Source of the DNA: a virus
Reading direction: 5' to 3' (one strand)
DNA: 36,480 nucleotides
IMG/VR virus record: IMGVR_UViG_3300045988_009883
Location: 1 to 36,480 of that record
Positions 6,948 through 14,036 of the stretch are shown here, piece after piece (position 1 is the stretch's first letter; each line of letters opens with the position of its first letter). The translations under genes were made by a program, and so were the position numbers. The notes beneath the pieces are model-generated. The model was not told the DNA's origin. It was given only the letters and a program-made list of their open reading frames with translations, and ran no database searches.

Positions 6948-7301
6948 ATGATAACCGAAAAGGAAATTGAGCAGGCAATCGAGGAATGTCTGCGTGAGCC
7001 TGTTACCGGCAATAAGAGGGCAGTTTTGGCTGACCTAATAATCATCCAAGATTACCTTTTCGGAGAGCCTATGCAAGCACATGAGGCACCACAACCGATG
7101 CCAATGCAATCCTATTCCGCTCCGCAAGCAGAACAGGCCGAAACCTATATCCAAACAGACGGCGGCAGCGAATTTCTGAAGGCGGTTGACGGCAGGAAGG
7201 CGGATAAAGTGTGGAAGCTGATGGACGAGCTTGTTGAGGCGGTCAAGATTCTGCATCCTCGGATGTACACGACTTTCATCGACAAGGTACAGGATTTGTA
7301 A
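6948..7301 (+). CDS. Hypothetical protein, usual partner of the preceding gene.
   Basis: 117 aa. The C-terminus SEFLKAVDGRKADKVWKLMDELVEAVKILHPRMYTTFIDKVQDL is recalled as co-occurring with the RGY-rich family. Confidence 0.55.
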   Translation: MITEKEIEQAIEECLREPVTGNKRAVLADLIIIQDYLFGEPMQAHEAPQPMPMQSYSAPQAEQAETYIQTDGGSEFLKAVDGRKADKVWKLMDELVEAVKILHPRMYTTFIDKVQDL

Positions 7302-7304
7302 ACG

Positions 7305-7347
7305 AAAAAGAGGGCAGCACCCGTTAAAAGGTGCTGTCCTTTTTATT
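7305..7347. terminator. Bidirectional rho-independent terminator between convergent genes.
   Basis: An 11-bp stem agggcagcacc / ggtgctgtcct is flanked by AAAAAG upstream and TTTTATTT downstream. Confidence 0.8.
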
Positions 7348-7895
7348 TATACCTCGTTTCCCCAACAATCCCAGCCGTCTGCATATTCCCTTGCAAACAA
7401 TTCAATCCTTGGCAAATCCCCAAAGCCTTTCACAATTCTTTCCCTTACCTCGCTCGGCTTTTGTGAGTGCCTTTTTCTTTCGGCAATGACAAGTTGCTTT
7501 ATGGATTTATCAATTCTAAATTTGTTTGGTTTTCCTTTTATCCCAAGCAAACATAATTCAACATTTCCCATCGTCCATTTTCCCAAATTGGAAATTGGCT
7601 TTCCGTTTTTTGAATATTTAGACCAACAGAAAGCAACTGTTTTAAATTTGAATCCCCAACTTTCCATTGTCTGTATTGCTTCTGGCAACTGTGGAGAAAC
7701 AGCCCACAAAAACAAAATGCAATCTTTTTCACAAATATTTTCAATCGGCAATTCTTTTATCCAATCCAACGGCATTGTTGGATATTCGTTTTCAAGACTA
7801 AAAGAATGCCCGTGCATCTTATCATTATAACTCCAAGGAGGGTCTGCATAGATAATATTGTATTTCTTATCTGTGTTAAAAATGTCTACTCTCAT
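7347..7895 (-). CDS. MT-A70 family N6-adenine DNA methyltransferase.
   Basis: DPPW catalytic motif (IIYADPPWSY), plus ..LFLWAV.., ..GFKFKT..FCW.K and ..HSQKP. RBS GAGGAGG 8 nt upstream. It is the only convincing minus-strand gene. Confidence 0.85.
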   Translation of the reverse strand: MRVDIFNTDKKYNIIYADPPWSYNDKMHGHSFSLENEYPTMPLDWIKELPIENICEKDCILFLWAVSPQLPEAIQTMESWGFKFKTVAFCWSKYSKNGKPISNLGKWTMGNVELCLLGIKGKPNKFRIDKSIKQLVIAERKRHSQKPSEVRERIVKGFGDLPRIELFAREYADGWDCWGNEV

Positions 7896-7936
7896 AAAAT
7901 TGCCTCCTCAATAATCTATCCATCCTGGACACCATT

Positions 7937-7965
7937 ATTCTACCACACCAACCACAAAAAGTAAA
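7937..7965 (-). promoter_or_regulatory. Putative promoter of the methyltransferase gene.
   Basis: On the minus strand: TTTACT - 17 nt - TAGAAT with an upstream TGg (extended -10). Confidence 0.35.
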
Positions 7966-8008
7966 GAAAAATATTTATAACTTTTTTAGAATTTTTGAGA
8001 AATAGTTG

Positions 8009-8037
8009 TTGACAAACATACGAGTCGGTGTTATAAT
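8009..8037 (+). promoter_or_regulatory. Consensus sigma-A/sigma-70 early promoter.
   Basis: TTGACA (8009-8014), a 17-nt spacer, then TATAAT (8032-8037) preceded by TGt. It shares AGTTGTTGACAAA and GGTGTTnTAAT with the promoter at 14988. Confidence 0.8.
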
Positions 8038-8080
8038 GATTACAGAAATTAAGGGTAGCGACCTACCGCTGGAGGCAAAT

Positions 8081-8599
8081 ATGATGTATCGGTGTTGCGA
8101 GTGTGGAAACCTGTTTGAAGAAGGCGAACAGGCTGTATGGTATGAAAACCAGGGAGAGTGCCACGGCGTAACTGCTATGGAACGGTTCAGCGGTTGCCCT
8201 ATTTGCCATGAAGATTATGAGGAAGTACACCAGTGCAAAGATTGCGGAGATTGGCATTCAGAGGACGAACTGTATGATGGCTGGTGCGAAAAATGCTTGC
8301 GTGAAACTATCAACTACGACACATTCTTTGAGTATTGCGAGGCGAACAAGGAAGAGAATTATCTTGACACGTTTGTTATGTGCTATCTGCTGAATTGCGA
8401 TGAAGTTCCGAAATATCCGTCTTGGGATTTCCATCAACTGATGGCTGAAACATACAAGCGGAGAGTTGCCAATGCAAAACCGCTTGGAGAAAAGTTCGGA
8501 TTCTTGGAAGATTGCATCCGCTTCGTCATGGATGACGATGGCTCCATTGGCAGAGAAAATTATGCTTATTGGCTGAATAATAGAAAGGAGGTGAAATAA
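8081..8599 (+). CDS. Zinc-ribbon-containing early protein of unknown function.
   Basis: ATG at 8081, 5 nt after GGAGG. The track start at 8006 lies inside the promoter. CxxC pairs: CCECG, CPICH, CKDCG and CEKC. Confidence 0.65.
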   Translation: MMYRCCECGNLFEEGEQAVWYENQGECHGVTAMERFSGCPICHEDYEEVHQCKDCGDWHSEDELYDGWCEKCLRETINYDTFFEYCEANKEENYLDTFVMCYLLNCDEVPKYPSWDFHQLMAETYKRRVANAKPLGEKFGFLEDCIRFVMDDDGSIGRENYAYWLNNRKEVK

Positions 8600-8772
8600 T
8601 GGCAGGAAGAAAGTACGAACCCGACAGGAAGCGAGTTAGAAAGGATACCCAGGTTGTGATTTCTGTTAGTCCTAACGAAAAGGAACAAATCGAACAGGAA
8701 GCAAAGAATCTCGGCCTGTCAAACAGCGCATATTTCCGTATGCTTTGGATGACAAACAGAAAGGAGAAATAA
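8599..8772 (+). CDS. Ribbon-helix-helix (CopG/MobC-like) DNA-binding protein, 57 aa (below the track cut-off).
   Basis: My translation: MAGRKYEPDRKRVRKDTQVVISVSPNEKEQIEQEAKNLGLSNSAYFRMLWMTNRKEK, a beta-strand/helix/helix pattern typical of RHH. TAATG overlap with the upstream gene. Confidence 0.55.
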   Translation: MAGRKYEPDRKRVRKDTQVVISVSPNEKEQIEQEAKNLGLSNSAYFRMLWMTNRKEK

Positions 8773-8865
8773 ATGTTTATCCCCGAATTTGTATGCGGCA
8801 TCTTGGCAACCATCGGCGCGGAAATTCTGTTGCTGATTGGATATGCCATTTTCCGCAAGAAGTAA
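8773..8865 (+). CDS. 30-aa hydrophobic peptide.
   Basis: MFIPEFVCGILATIGAEILLLIGYAIFRKK. The ATG directly follows the TAA of the RHH gene, with AAAGGAG 6 nt upstream. Confidence 0.4.
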   Translation: MFIPEFVCGILATIGAEILLLIGYAIFRKK

Positions 8866-8889
8866 AGTGATTTTTAGGAGGCAAAAAGT

Positions 8890-9516
8890 ATGAGTGTGTT
8901 GGTCATGATCTACGGACAGAGTGGCACGGGCAAGTCCACGAGCTTGCGCAATTTTAGCCGAGATGATGTGGCGATTGTCAACGTATCCGGCAAACCACTA
9001 CCGTTCCGAAACAATCTGAAAACATACAAGAGCGACAACTATCAGTCGATTATGAAAGCGATTCAGGCAGCCCCGCAGAAATCCATCGTTATTGACGATG
9101 CGACCTATTTGATGGTCAACGAGTTTATGCGGACGGCAAAGCAGACAGGATATCAAAAATATACGGACATGGCGTGTTCCTTTAACAGCCTGATTGAGTT
9201 TGCGGCAAGTTTGCCAGACGATAAGATCGTATATTTTATGGGCCACAGCGATCAGGCAGACGATGGCCGGGAACACTTCAAAACAATCGGCAAGATGCTT
9301 GACAACTACGTAACTGTGGAAGGGCGCTTCACAATCGTCATGAAAACCGTTGTGCAGGATGGGAGATATCTTTTCAGCACCCAGAACAACGGACAGGACA
9401 CGGTTAAGACCCCGATGGGGCTTTTCGACCAGACGCTGATTGACAATGACCTCAAGGCGGTTGACGATGCGATCCGTGAATACTGGGGCATTGATGGCGG
9501 TGAAGAAAGTGCCTGA
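8890..9516 (+). CDS. AAA_24 / Sak4-like RecA-fold ATPase (recombination).
   Basis: Walker A IYGQSGTGKST and Walker B SIVIDDATY. The size, and its position upstream of an SSB-like gene, fit Sak4-type modules. Confidence 0.7.
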   Translation: MSVLVMIYGQSGTGKSTSLRNFSRDDVAIVNVSGKPLPFRNNLKTYKSDNYQSIMKAIQAAPQKSIVIDDATYLMVNEFMRTAKQTGYQKYTDMACSFNSLIEFAASLPDDKIVYFMGHSDQADDGREHFKTIGKMLDNYVTVEGRFTIVMKTVVQDGRYLFSTQNNGQDTVKTPMGLFDQTLIDNDLKAVDDAIREYWGIDGGEESA

Positions 9517-9733
9517 TTTTGAAAGCGGCGTATCATGGTACACCGAAGCACAGGCAACCATCTATTTCCCGGAGGGGCAAGTTCAGTGCAAGCTATGCCC
9601 ATGCCTTGAAACATATTCACGAAACCAATGCAGACTGACGGGGGAATACCTCGCAGACACAAGAACCATCGGATATATGTGTCCGTTGAAATTTATTGAA
9701 AAACAGGAGGAAACAAACAATGAAAGCATTTAA
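9494..9733 (+). CDS. Small Cys-containing hypothetical protein.
   Basis: MAVKKVPDFESGVSWYTEAQATIYFPEGQVQCKLCPCLETY..CRLTGEY..MCPLKF. The ATG at 9494 was chosen over the track start at 9440, which is buried in the ATPase gene. Confidence 0.45.
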   Translation: MAVKKVPDFESGVSWYTEAQATIYFPEGQVQCKLCPCLETYSRNQCRLTGEYLADTRTIGYMCPLKFIEKQEETNNESI

Positions 9734-10295
9734 CGGTCTGGAAATCAAGAAGAGTGTTGGCGCAAGTGAACCTCTGCCCGCTGGCGGCTATGTGGCAAAA
9801 ATTCTTAATGCCAAGGTCGAGGAATATAGCTGGGGCGAAGTTCTGGTTATCTCATTCGACATTGCCGAGGGCGAATACAAAGACTTTTTCAGCAAGCAGT
9901 ACAAGGAAAACACCAGAGAGGATAAGAAGTGGAAGGGTAATTTCCGCTTGACCGTCCCGCAGGAGAGCAACCAGTATTTTGACAGCCAGAAGCGGACTTT
10001 CGGCAATGCGATCTGGGCGATTGAGGAAAGCAATCTGGGCTATCATTGGGACTGGAATGAAGATGCGCTCAAGGGCAAAATGGTTGGTGTTCTGTTCCGC
10101 AACTTCGAATGGGCTATGGAAGACCGCACTGGCTGGAGTACCGAGGCTTGCACTTTTGTTTCCGTGGAAGATGTGCGCAATGGGAACTACCGCCAGCCTA
10201 AAGACCGCCCGCTGAAGAATAAGCCAGTCAACAATGCTCCTGCATCCAACTTCACCGTTCTGGATGATGACTCACTGGGCGATCTTCCGTTCTGA
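9720..10295 (+). CDS. DUF669-type single-stranded DNA-binding protein.
   Basis: ATG at 9720 after CAGGAGG. The C-terminal acidic tip DDDSLGDLPF is typical of an SSB protein-interaction tail. Its position after a Sak4-like ATPase supports the call. Confidence 0.6.
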   Translation: MKAFNGLEIKKSVGASEPLPAGGYVAKILNAKVEEYSWGEVLVISFDIAEGEYKDFFSKQYKENTREDKKWKGNFRLTVPQESNQYFDSQKRTFGNAIWAIEESNLGYHWDWNEDALKGKMVGVLFRNFEWAMEDRTGWSTEACTFVSVEDVRNGNYRQPKDRPLKNKPVNNAPASNFTVLDDDSLGDLPF

Positions 10296-10307
10296 TTGAA
10301 AATATAA

Positions 10308-10340
10308 AACCGCCCTGCTCCATTGTGGGGTGGGGCGGTT
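10308..10340 (+). other. Strong RNA/DNA hairpin without a downstream U-tract.
   Basis: A 14-bp stem aaccgccctgctcc / ggggtggggcggtt (3 G-U pairs) with loop attgt. The A-rich run lies on the 5' side only. Confidence 0.6.
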
Positions 10341-10363
10341 AAATTATGAAATAGGAGGCAAAG

Positions 10364-10858
10364 ATGGCAAAAGAAAAGAATTATAGCAAACGATTGCAAG
10401 AAATCGAGCAAAGCAATCTTGCTACCCTGCCAAAGCGTTTTGTTGATATGGAAAGGCAAAGGGACAAGTTCAAAAAAGAAGCTGAACGGTATCTTGAAGA
10501 AAGAAACAGTGCAGAGAAAGAAAGAAATGAAGCAAGAAAGGAAATAAGCCGCCTTAAGTTGCAACTACAATATTACGGTCAAAAGCCTTTACAGCTTGAG
10601 GTTGCCCATTATGAGCGATATTGTGAGGGTTGCAAGCACTGTAATGACGGAGATTGCTATGCACAAGATAACTATTATGGTGAAGAGTGTAATTATAGAT
10701 ACAAGCAAGAAACCGTGTATTGCTTCAGCTATGAATTGCAGGAAGATGAATTGACTGTTTTGACAAGCGATTTTGAGTGGCAAACCTTTAGCGAGTGTGA
10801 AGAAATTGTAAGTCAAGGCAAAGTAATCTATGAAGATAAATCAAAGGGCGATGACTGA
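10364..10858 (+). CDS. Hypothetical protein: coiled-coil N-terminus, Cys-rich C-terminus.
   Basis: AGGAGG RBS. Sequence ..KFKKEAERYLEERNSAEKERNEARKEISRLKLQLQ.. then CEGCKHCNDGDC. Confidence 0.6.
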   Translation: MAKEKNYSKRLQEIEQSNLATLPKRFVDMERQRDKFKKEAERYLEERNSAEKERNEARKEISRLKLQLQYYGQKPLQLEVAHYERYCEGCKHCNDGDCYAQDNYYGEECNYRYKQETVYCFSYELQEDELTVLTSDFEWQTFSECEEIVSQGKVIYEDKSKGDD

Positions 10859-10907
10859 TGAACTACCGACAAATATACGCCCGAAAAGCGGAATGCGAGG
10901 TGATGTA

Positions 10908-11483
10908 ATGAATGACTATGTAAAAAAGTTAATCATTGCCAAAAAGAGCATTGCACCCATTATAACGGAAAACGCACAAACCAAACAGCCGGGAATTTAT
11001 CTGTTTGAACGGACAGACGAAAACGGCGTGACATTTTTCTACTGTGGCCAAGCAAAGAACATTTTTCAGCGGATCGTAAGCCATTGGAACGGCTACCAGC
11101 ACATCGACATTTCTCTGCGGAAGCGGAAATTCAAGAGTGACGAAAATCCGCATGGATGGGCGTTCTGCATCCTTGAATATTGCCCCGTGGAGAAACTTGA
11201 CGAACGGGAACAGTATTGGATTTTGGAGCAGATGCGACAAGGCAAACAGACCTACAATGTCACCTACGGAAGCCAAGCTGATGGCAAACATAATATCAAA
11301 GAGGGCAAAACTCCCCGCGGGTATTGGGATGGCGTGGAAGTCGGCAAAATGAAAGCAAGGCGTTTTGTGGCTGATCTGTTTAGCAAGCACCTCGATGTGT
11401 CAATGAAAAAGCCGACAAAGAACGCGGAGAAGGCTTTGGCGAAGTTTCAAGAGTTTATCAATCTTGAAGAAGAAAAACCATAA
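10908..11483 (+). CDS. GIY-YIG domain nuclease (homing-endonuclease-like).
   Basis: GIYLF..FFYCGQAKNIFQRIVSHW..EREQYWI matches the GIY-YIG layout. ATG at 10908, 5 nt after GAGGTG (the track start at 10830 overlaps the previous gene). Confidence 0.65.
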   Translation: MNDYVKKLIIAKKSIAPIITENAQTKQPGIYLFERTDENGVTFFYCGQAKNIFQRIVSHWNGYQHIDISLRKRKFKSDENPHGWAFCILEYCPVEKLDEREQYWILEQMRQGKQTYNVTYGSQADGKHNIKEGKTPRGYWDGVEVGKMKARRFVADLFSKHLDVSMKKPTKNAEKALAKFQEFINLEEEKP

Positions 11484-11490
11484 TTCCATC

Positions 11491-11519
11491 TTGATTTTTT
11501 AAAAGATATGGTTTATAAT
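11491..11519 (+). promoter_or_regulatory. Sigma-A-type promoter.
   Basis: TTGATT, a 17-nt spacer, then TATAAT (11514-11519). Confidence 0.6.
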
Positions 11520-11525
11520 ATCCTT

Positions 11526-11575
11526 GTTGATAGTTGTGACGGCGGCTATCAGCCATTAACTGAATAACTATCAAC
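11526..11575. repeat. Perfect 10-bp inverted repeat GTTGATAGTT / AACTATCAAC with a 30-nt spacer.
   Basis: Read directly. The spacer contains a small GGCT-atc-AGCC hairpin. Confidence 0.8.
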
Positions 11576-11581
11576 ACTATG

Positions 11582-11630
11582 CTCTGCGTGGAGGGTACCG
11601 TCATACCCGAAGCGCAGGGTATTTTATTTT
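11582..11630 (+). terminator. Terminator-like two-tier hairpin plus U-tract, ending 6 nt before the primase-like gene.
   Basis: The outer stem ctctgcg / cgcaggg encloses the inner stem gggta / taccc, followed by TATTTTATTTT. Confidence 0.6.
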
Positions 11631-11636
11631 ACAATT

Positions 11637-12209
11637 ATGAATTTTGCAGACGAAATTAAACAGCGCATTTCAATGATAGAAATGCTTCAATATTACGGAA
11701 TCGAAACAAATAGGTCAAATTTTTGCAGATGCCCTTTTCATCAGGAGAAAAGCGCAAGTTTCAAGGCATATCCGGGTTCACGCGGCTTTTATTGCTACGG
11801 TTGCCATGAAAGCGGCAGTGTTATAGACTTTGTTATGAAGTTTTTCGGCTTGTCTTTTGGAGATGCAATCAAGAAGATAAACGAGGATTTTTCTCTTGGC
11901 CTGCCAATAGGTGAAAAGCTGGACCGCCGGAAACAACTTGAAATGCAAAGACAGGCGTTTATGCGAAAGCGTGAAATGAACGCAAAGAAAGCCGAACAAG
12001 AAAGACTGGAAAACGCTTATTGGGAGGCTTTCGATAAATGGAAAAGGCTGGACGATAACAAGCGAAATTATGCCCCTAAAACGCCGACAGAGCCGTTACA
12101 TCCGATTTTTGTGGAGGCGTTGAAGAATATAGCCGGTGCAGAGTATAACCTATCCTGCACCGAGATAGCGAGGTATGAGTATGAAAAACGAGATATCCGT
12201 AATTCCTGA
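11637..12209 (+). CDS. CHC2 zinc-finger protein (DnaG-primase-type zinc-binding domain, no recognisable TOPRIM).
   Basis: ..MLQYYGIE..FCRCPFHQEKSASFKAYP..FYCYGCHESGSVIDFV is the CHC2 primase zinc-finger signature. The remainder is a charged coiled coil. No SD sequence before the ATG. Confidence 0.7.
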   Translation: MNFADEIKQRISMIEMLQYYGIETNRSNFCRCPFHQEKSASFKAYPGSRGFYCYGCHESGSVIDFVMKFFGLSFGDAIKKINEDFSLGLPIGEKLDRRKQLEMQRQAFMRKREMNAKKAEQERLENAYWEAFDKWKRLDDNKRNYAPKTPTEPLHPIFVEALKNIAGAEYNLSCTEIARYEYEKRDIRNS

Positions 12210-14034
12210 CTATACGGCTGAGCAATTCTATGACACGACAGAACCATACGAGTTTCTGTATCAGTTTCGGGATAATAAGTTTCTTCTCAAACAGATGGTG
12301 CAGAAAATGAAAGCAAAAGCCGGAGCGGTAGGAGTAAAATGCTTCATCGCATTATGGGATGCATATCAAGAAATGATGGCACAGAAAAACGGCGTAATGC
12401 TTGCCAATTCCACTCAGTTTGACGGGCAGGAAATGGAGCTTTTCAGCGGTGAGTACATCTGCGACGAAAACGGCGTGTTTTTGGTGGATAAGTACGGCTA
12501 TGAAAATACAATCTGCCGTCACCCGATAATGCCCGTTCAAAGGCTCTGCAACATTGATTCCGGAGAAGAACGGCTGAAAATTGCGTATAAAAAAGGCCGG
12601 TCGTGGAGGTCAATCATTGTCGAGAAGTCCGTGATTGCATCGTCAAGCAGTATCCTTCAGCTTGCGGCCAACGGAATTATGGTGAACAGTGAAAATGCAA
12701 AGGCACTGTCAACTTACATCCTTGAAATGGAACAGCTCAATTATGAACTGATACCCGAACAGAAATCCGTTGGTAGGCTCGGCTGGGTCGGCGAACACGG
12801 GTTCTCCCCATTCGTCGATGACCTTGTGTTTGACGGTGAAACAAATTTCAGGCACATTTTTAATGCCGTCAAACCGGAGGGGAGCCGCAATGCTTGGCTC
12901 TATGCTATGCAAGACCTGAGAAAAGAAAAAAGCCCCGGACGGTTGTTTCTTGCTGCGTCTTTTGCGAGTGCCATTCTTGAGCCGTGCGGCCTGTTGCCGT
13001 TTTTCCTCCATGCATGGGGTGGAACAGAGACCGGCAAAACAGTCGGATTGATGATTGCAGCGTCCGTGTGGGCGTGCCCTAAACTCGGGGAATATGTGAC
13101 CACCTTTAATAGCACGCTTGTCGGGCAAGAAATGACGGCTTCTTTCCTGAACAGCCTTCCGATGTGCATTGATGAGCTTCAAATCCAGTCAAGTTCCGGT
13201 GTCAGGGACTTTGACCGAATTATTTACCAGCTTACCGAAGGTGTAGGCCGTACCCGTGGTGCCAAAACAGGCGGATTGCAAAAGATGAATACCTGGAAGA
13301 ACTGCATAATCACGAACGGAGAACACCCGATTAGCAATGCGAACAGCGGCGGCGGCGCCGTCAACCGTGTTATTGAGTTTGAGTGTGACGAAAAGGTTTA
13401 TTCTGATCTTGTAGGAATCTGCGCAGTCATTCAGTCAAACTATGGCTTTGCTGGCCGTGAGTTCGTCGAATACCTCCAGACAGATGGAGCATTTGACCGT
13501 GTAAATGCGCTCCAGAAAGAATATTATCGGGAACTCCTGAAATCTGACAGCACGGACAAGCAGGCGGCGTCCGCATCCGCTATCCTTGCCGCTGACCATA
13601 TCGCAACGGAATTGATTTTCAAGGACGGGAACAACCTGACAGTTGCAGACCTTGAAAAGATTATGGCAAAGAAAAAGGAAGTCAACGTCAACAATCGTGC
13701 GCTTGAATTTATCTATGAGTTGGTGGAGCGCAACCCGAACAGGTTCAAGGCAAACGAATTTGGAGATTATCAAGGAGAAGTCTGGGGAAAGTCCGAAGAA
13801 ACCTGCATCTACATTATCAAATCAGTTTTTGATCGTGAGATGGGGAACGGAGGGTTTAACTCCACGGCTTTCCTCGCGTGGGCAAAGCGAAACGACATCA
13901 TAATTACAGACAACGGAAAACGTACAAAAAAGGCGAGAATTACTGGTTCTGCAACGAATTGCGTGTGTATTAAGAAGAATTTGAGCGAATTTGAGACGGA
14001 ACAAATTGAAGAAATGGACATGTTGCCGTTTTGA
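12181..14034 (+). CDS. DUF927-type replicative helicase (SF3-like P-loop NTPase).
   Basis: ..LGWVGEHGFSPF.. then Walker A WGGTETGKTVGLMIAASVWACP and Walker B MCIDELQ. ATG at 12181 is preferred (7 nt after GAGG); 12175 is also possible. Confidence 0.7.
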   Translation: MKNEISVIPDYTAEQFYDTTEPYEFLYQFRDNKFLLKQMVQKMKAKAGAVGVKCFIALWDAYQEMMAQKNGVMLANSTQFDGQEMELFSGEYICDENGVFLVDKYGYENTICRHPIMPVQRLCNIDSGEERLKIAYKKGRSWRSIIVEKSVIASSSSILQLAANGIMVNSENAKALSTYILEMEQLNYELIPEQKSVGRLGWVGEHGFSPFVDDLVFDGETNFRHIFNAVKPEGSRNAWLYAMQDLRKEKSPGRLFLAASFASAILEPCGLLPFFLHAWGGTETGKTVGLMIAASVWACPKLGEYVTTFNSTLVGQEMTASFLNSLPMCIDELQIQSSSGVRDFDRIIYQLTEGVGRTRGAKTGGLQKMNTWKNCIITNGEHPISNANSGGGAVNRVIEFECDEKVYSDLVGICAVIQSNYGFAGREFVEYLQTDGAFDRVNALQKEYYRELLKSDSTDKQAASASAILAADHIATELIFKDGNNLTVADLEKIMAKKKEVNVNNRALEFIYELVERNPNRFKANEFGDYQGEVWGKSEETCIYIIKSVFDREMGNGGFNSTAFLAWAKRNDIIITDNGKRTKKARITGSATNCVCIKKNLSEFETEQIEEMDMLPF

Positions 14035-14036
14035 GT

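Noticed and set aside
8006-8080. Upstream extensions of track ORFs. Examples: 8006, 9440, 9696, 10830, 15028, 15144, 18658, 19753, 22214 and 28849.
   Set aside because: These extensions run through promoters or through the preceding gene and lack an RBS. Internal ATGs with GGAGG-type RBSs at proper spacing were used instead.
10308-10340. The strong hairpin after the SSB gene, considered as a rho-independent terminator.
   Set aside because: It has no U-tract on the + strand; the A-run lies on the 5' side. It would terminate only minus-strand transcription, and there is no minus-strand gene nearby. It is kept as an unexplained hairpin rather than called a terminator.
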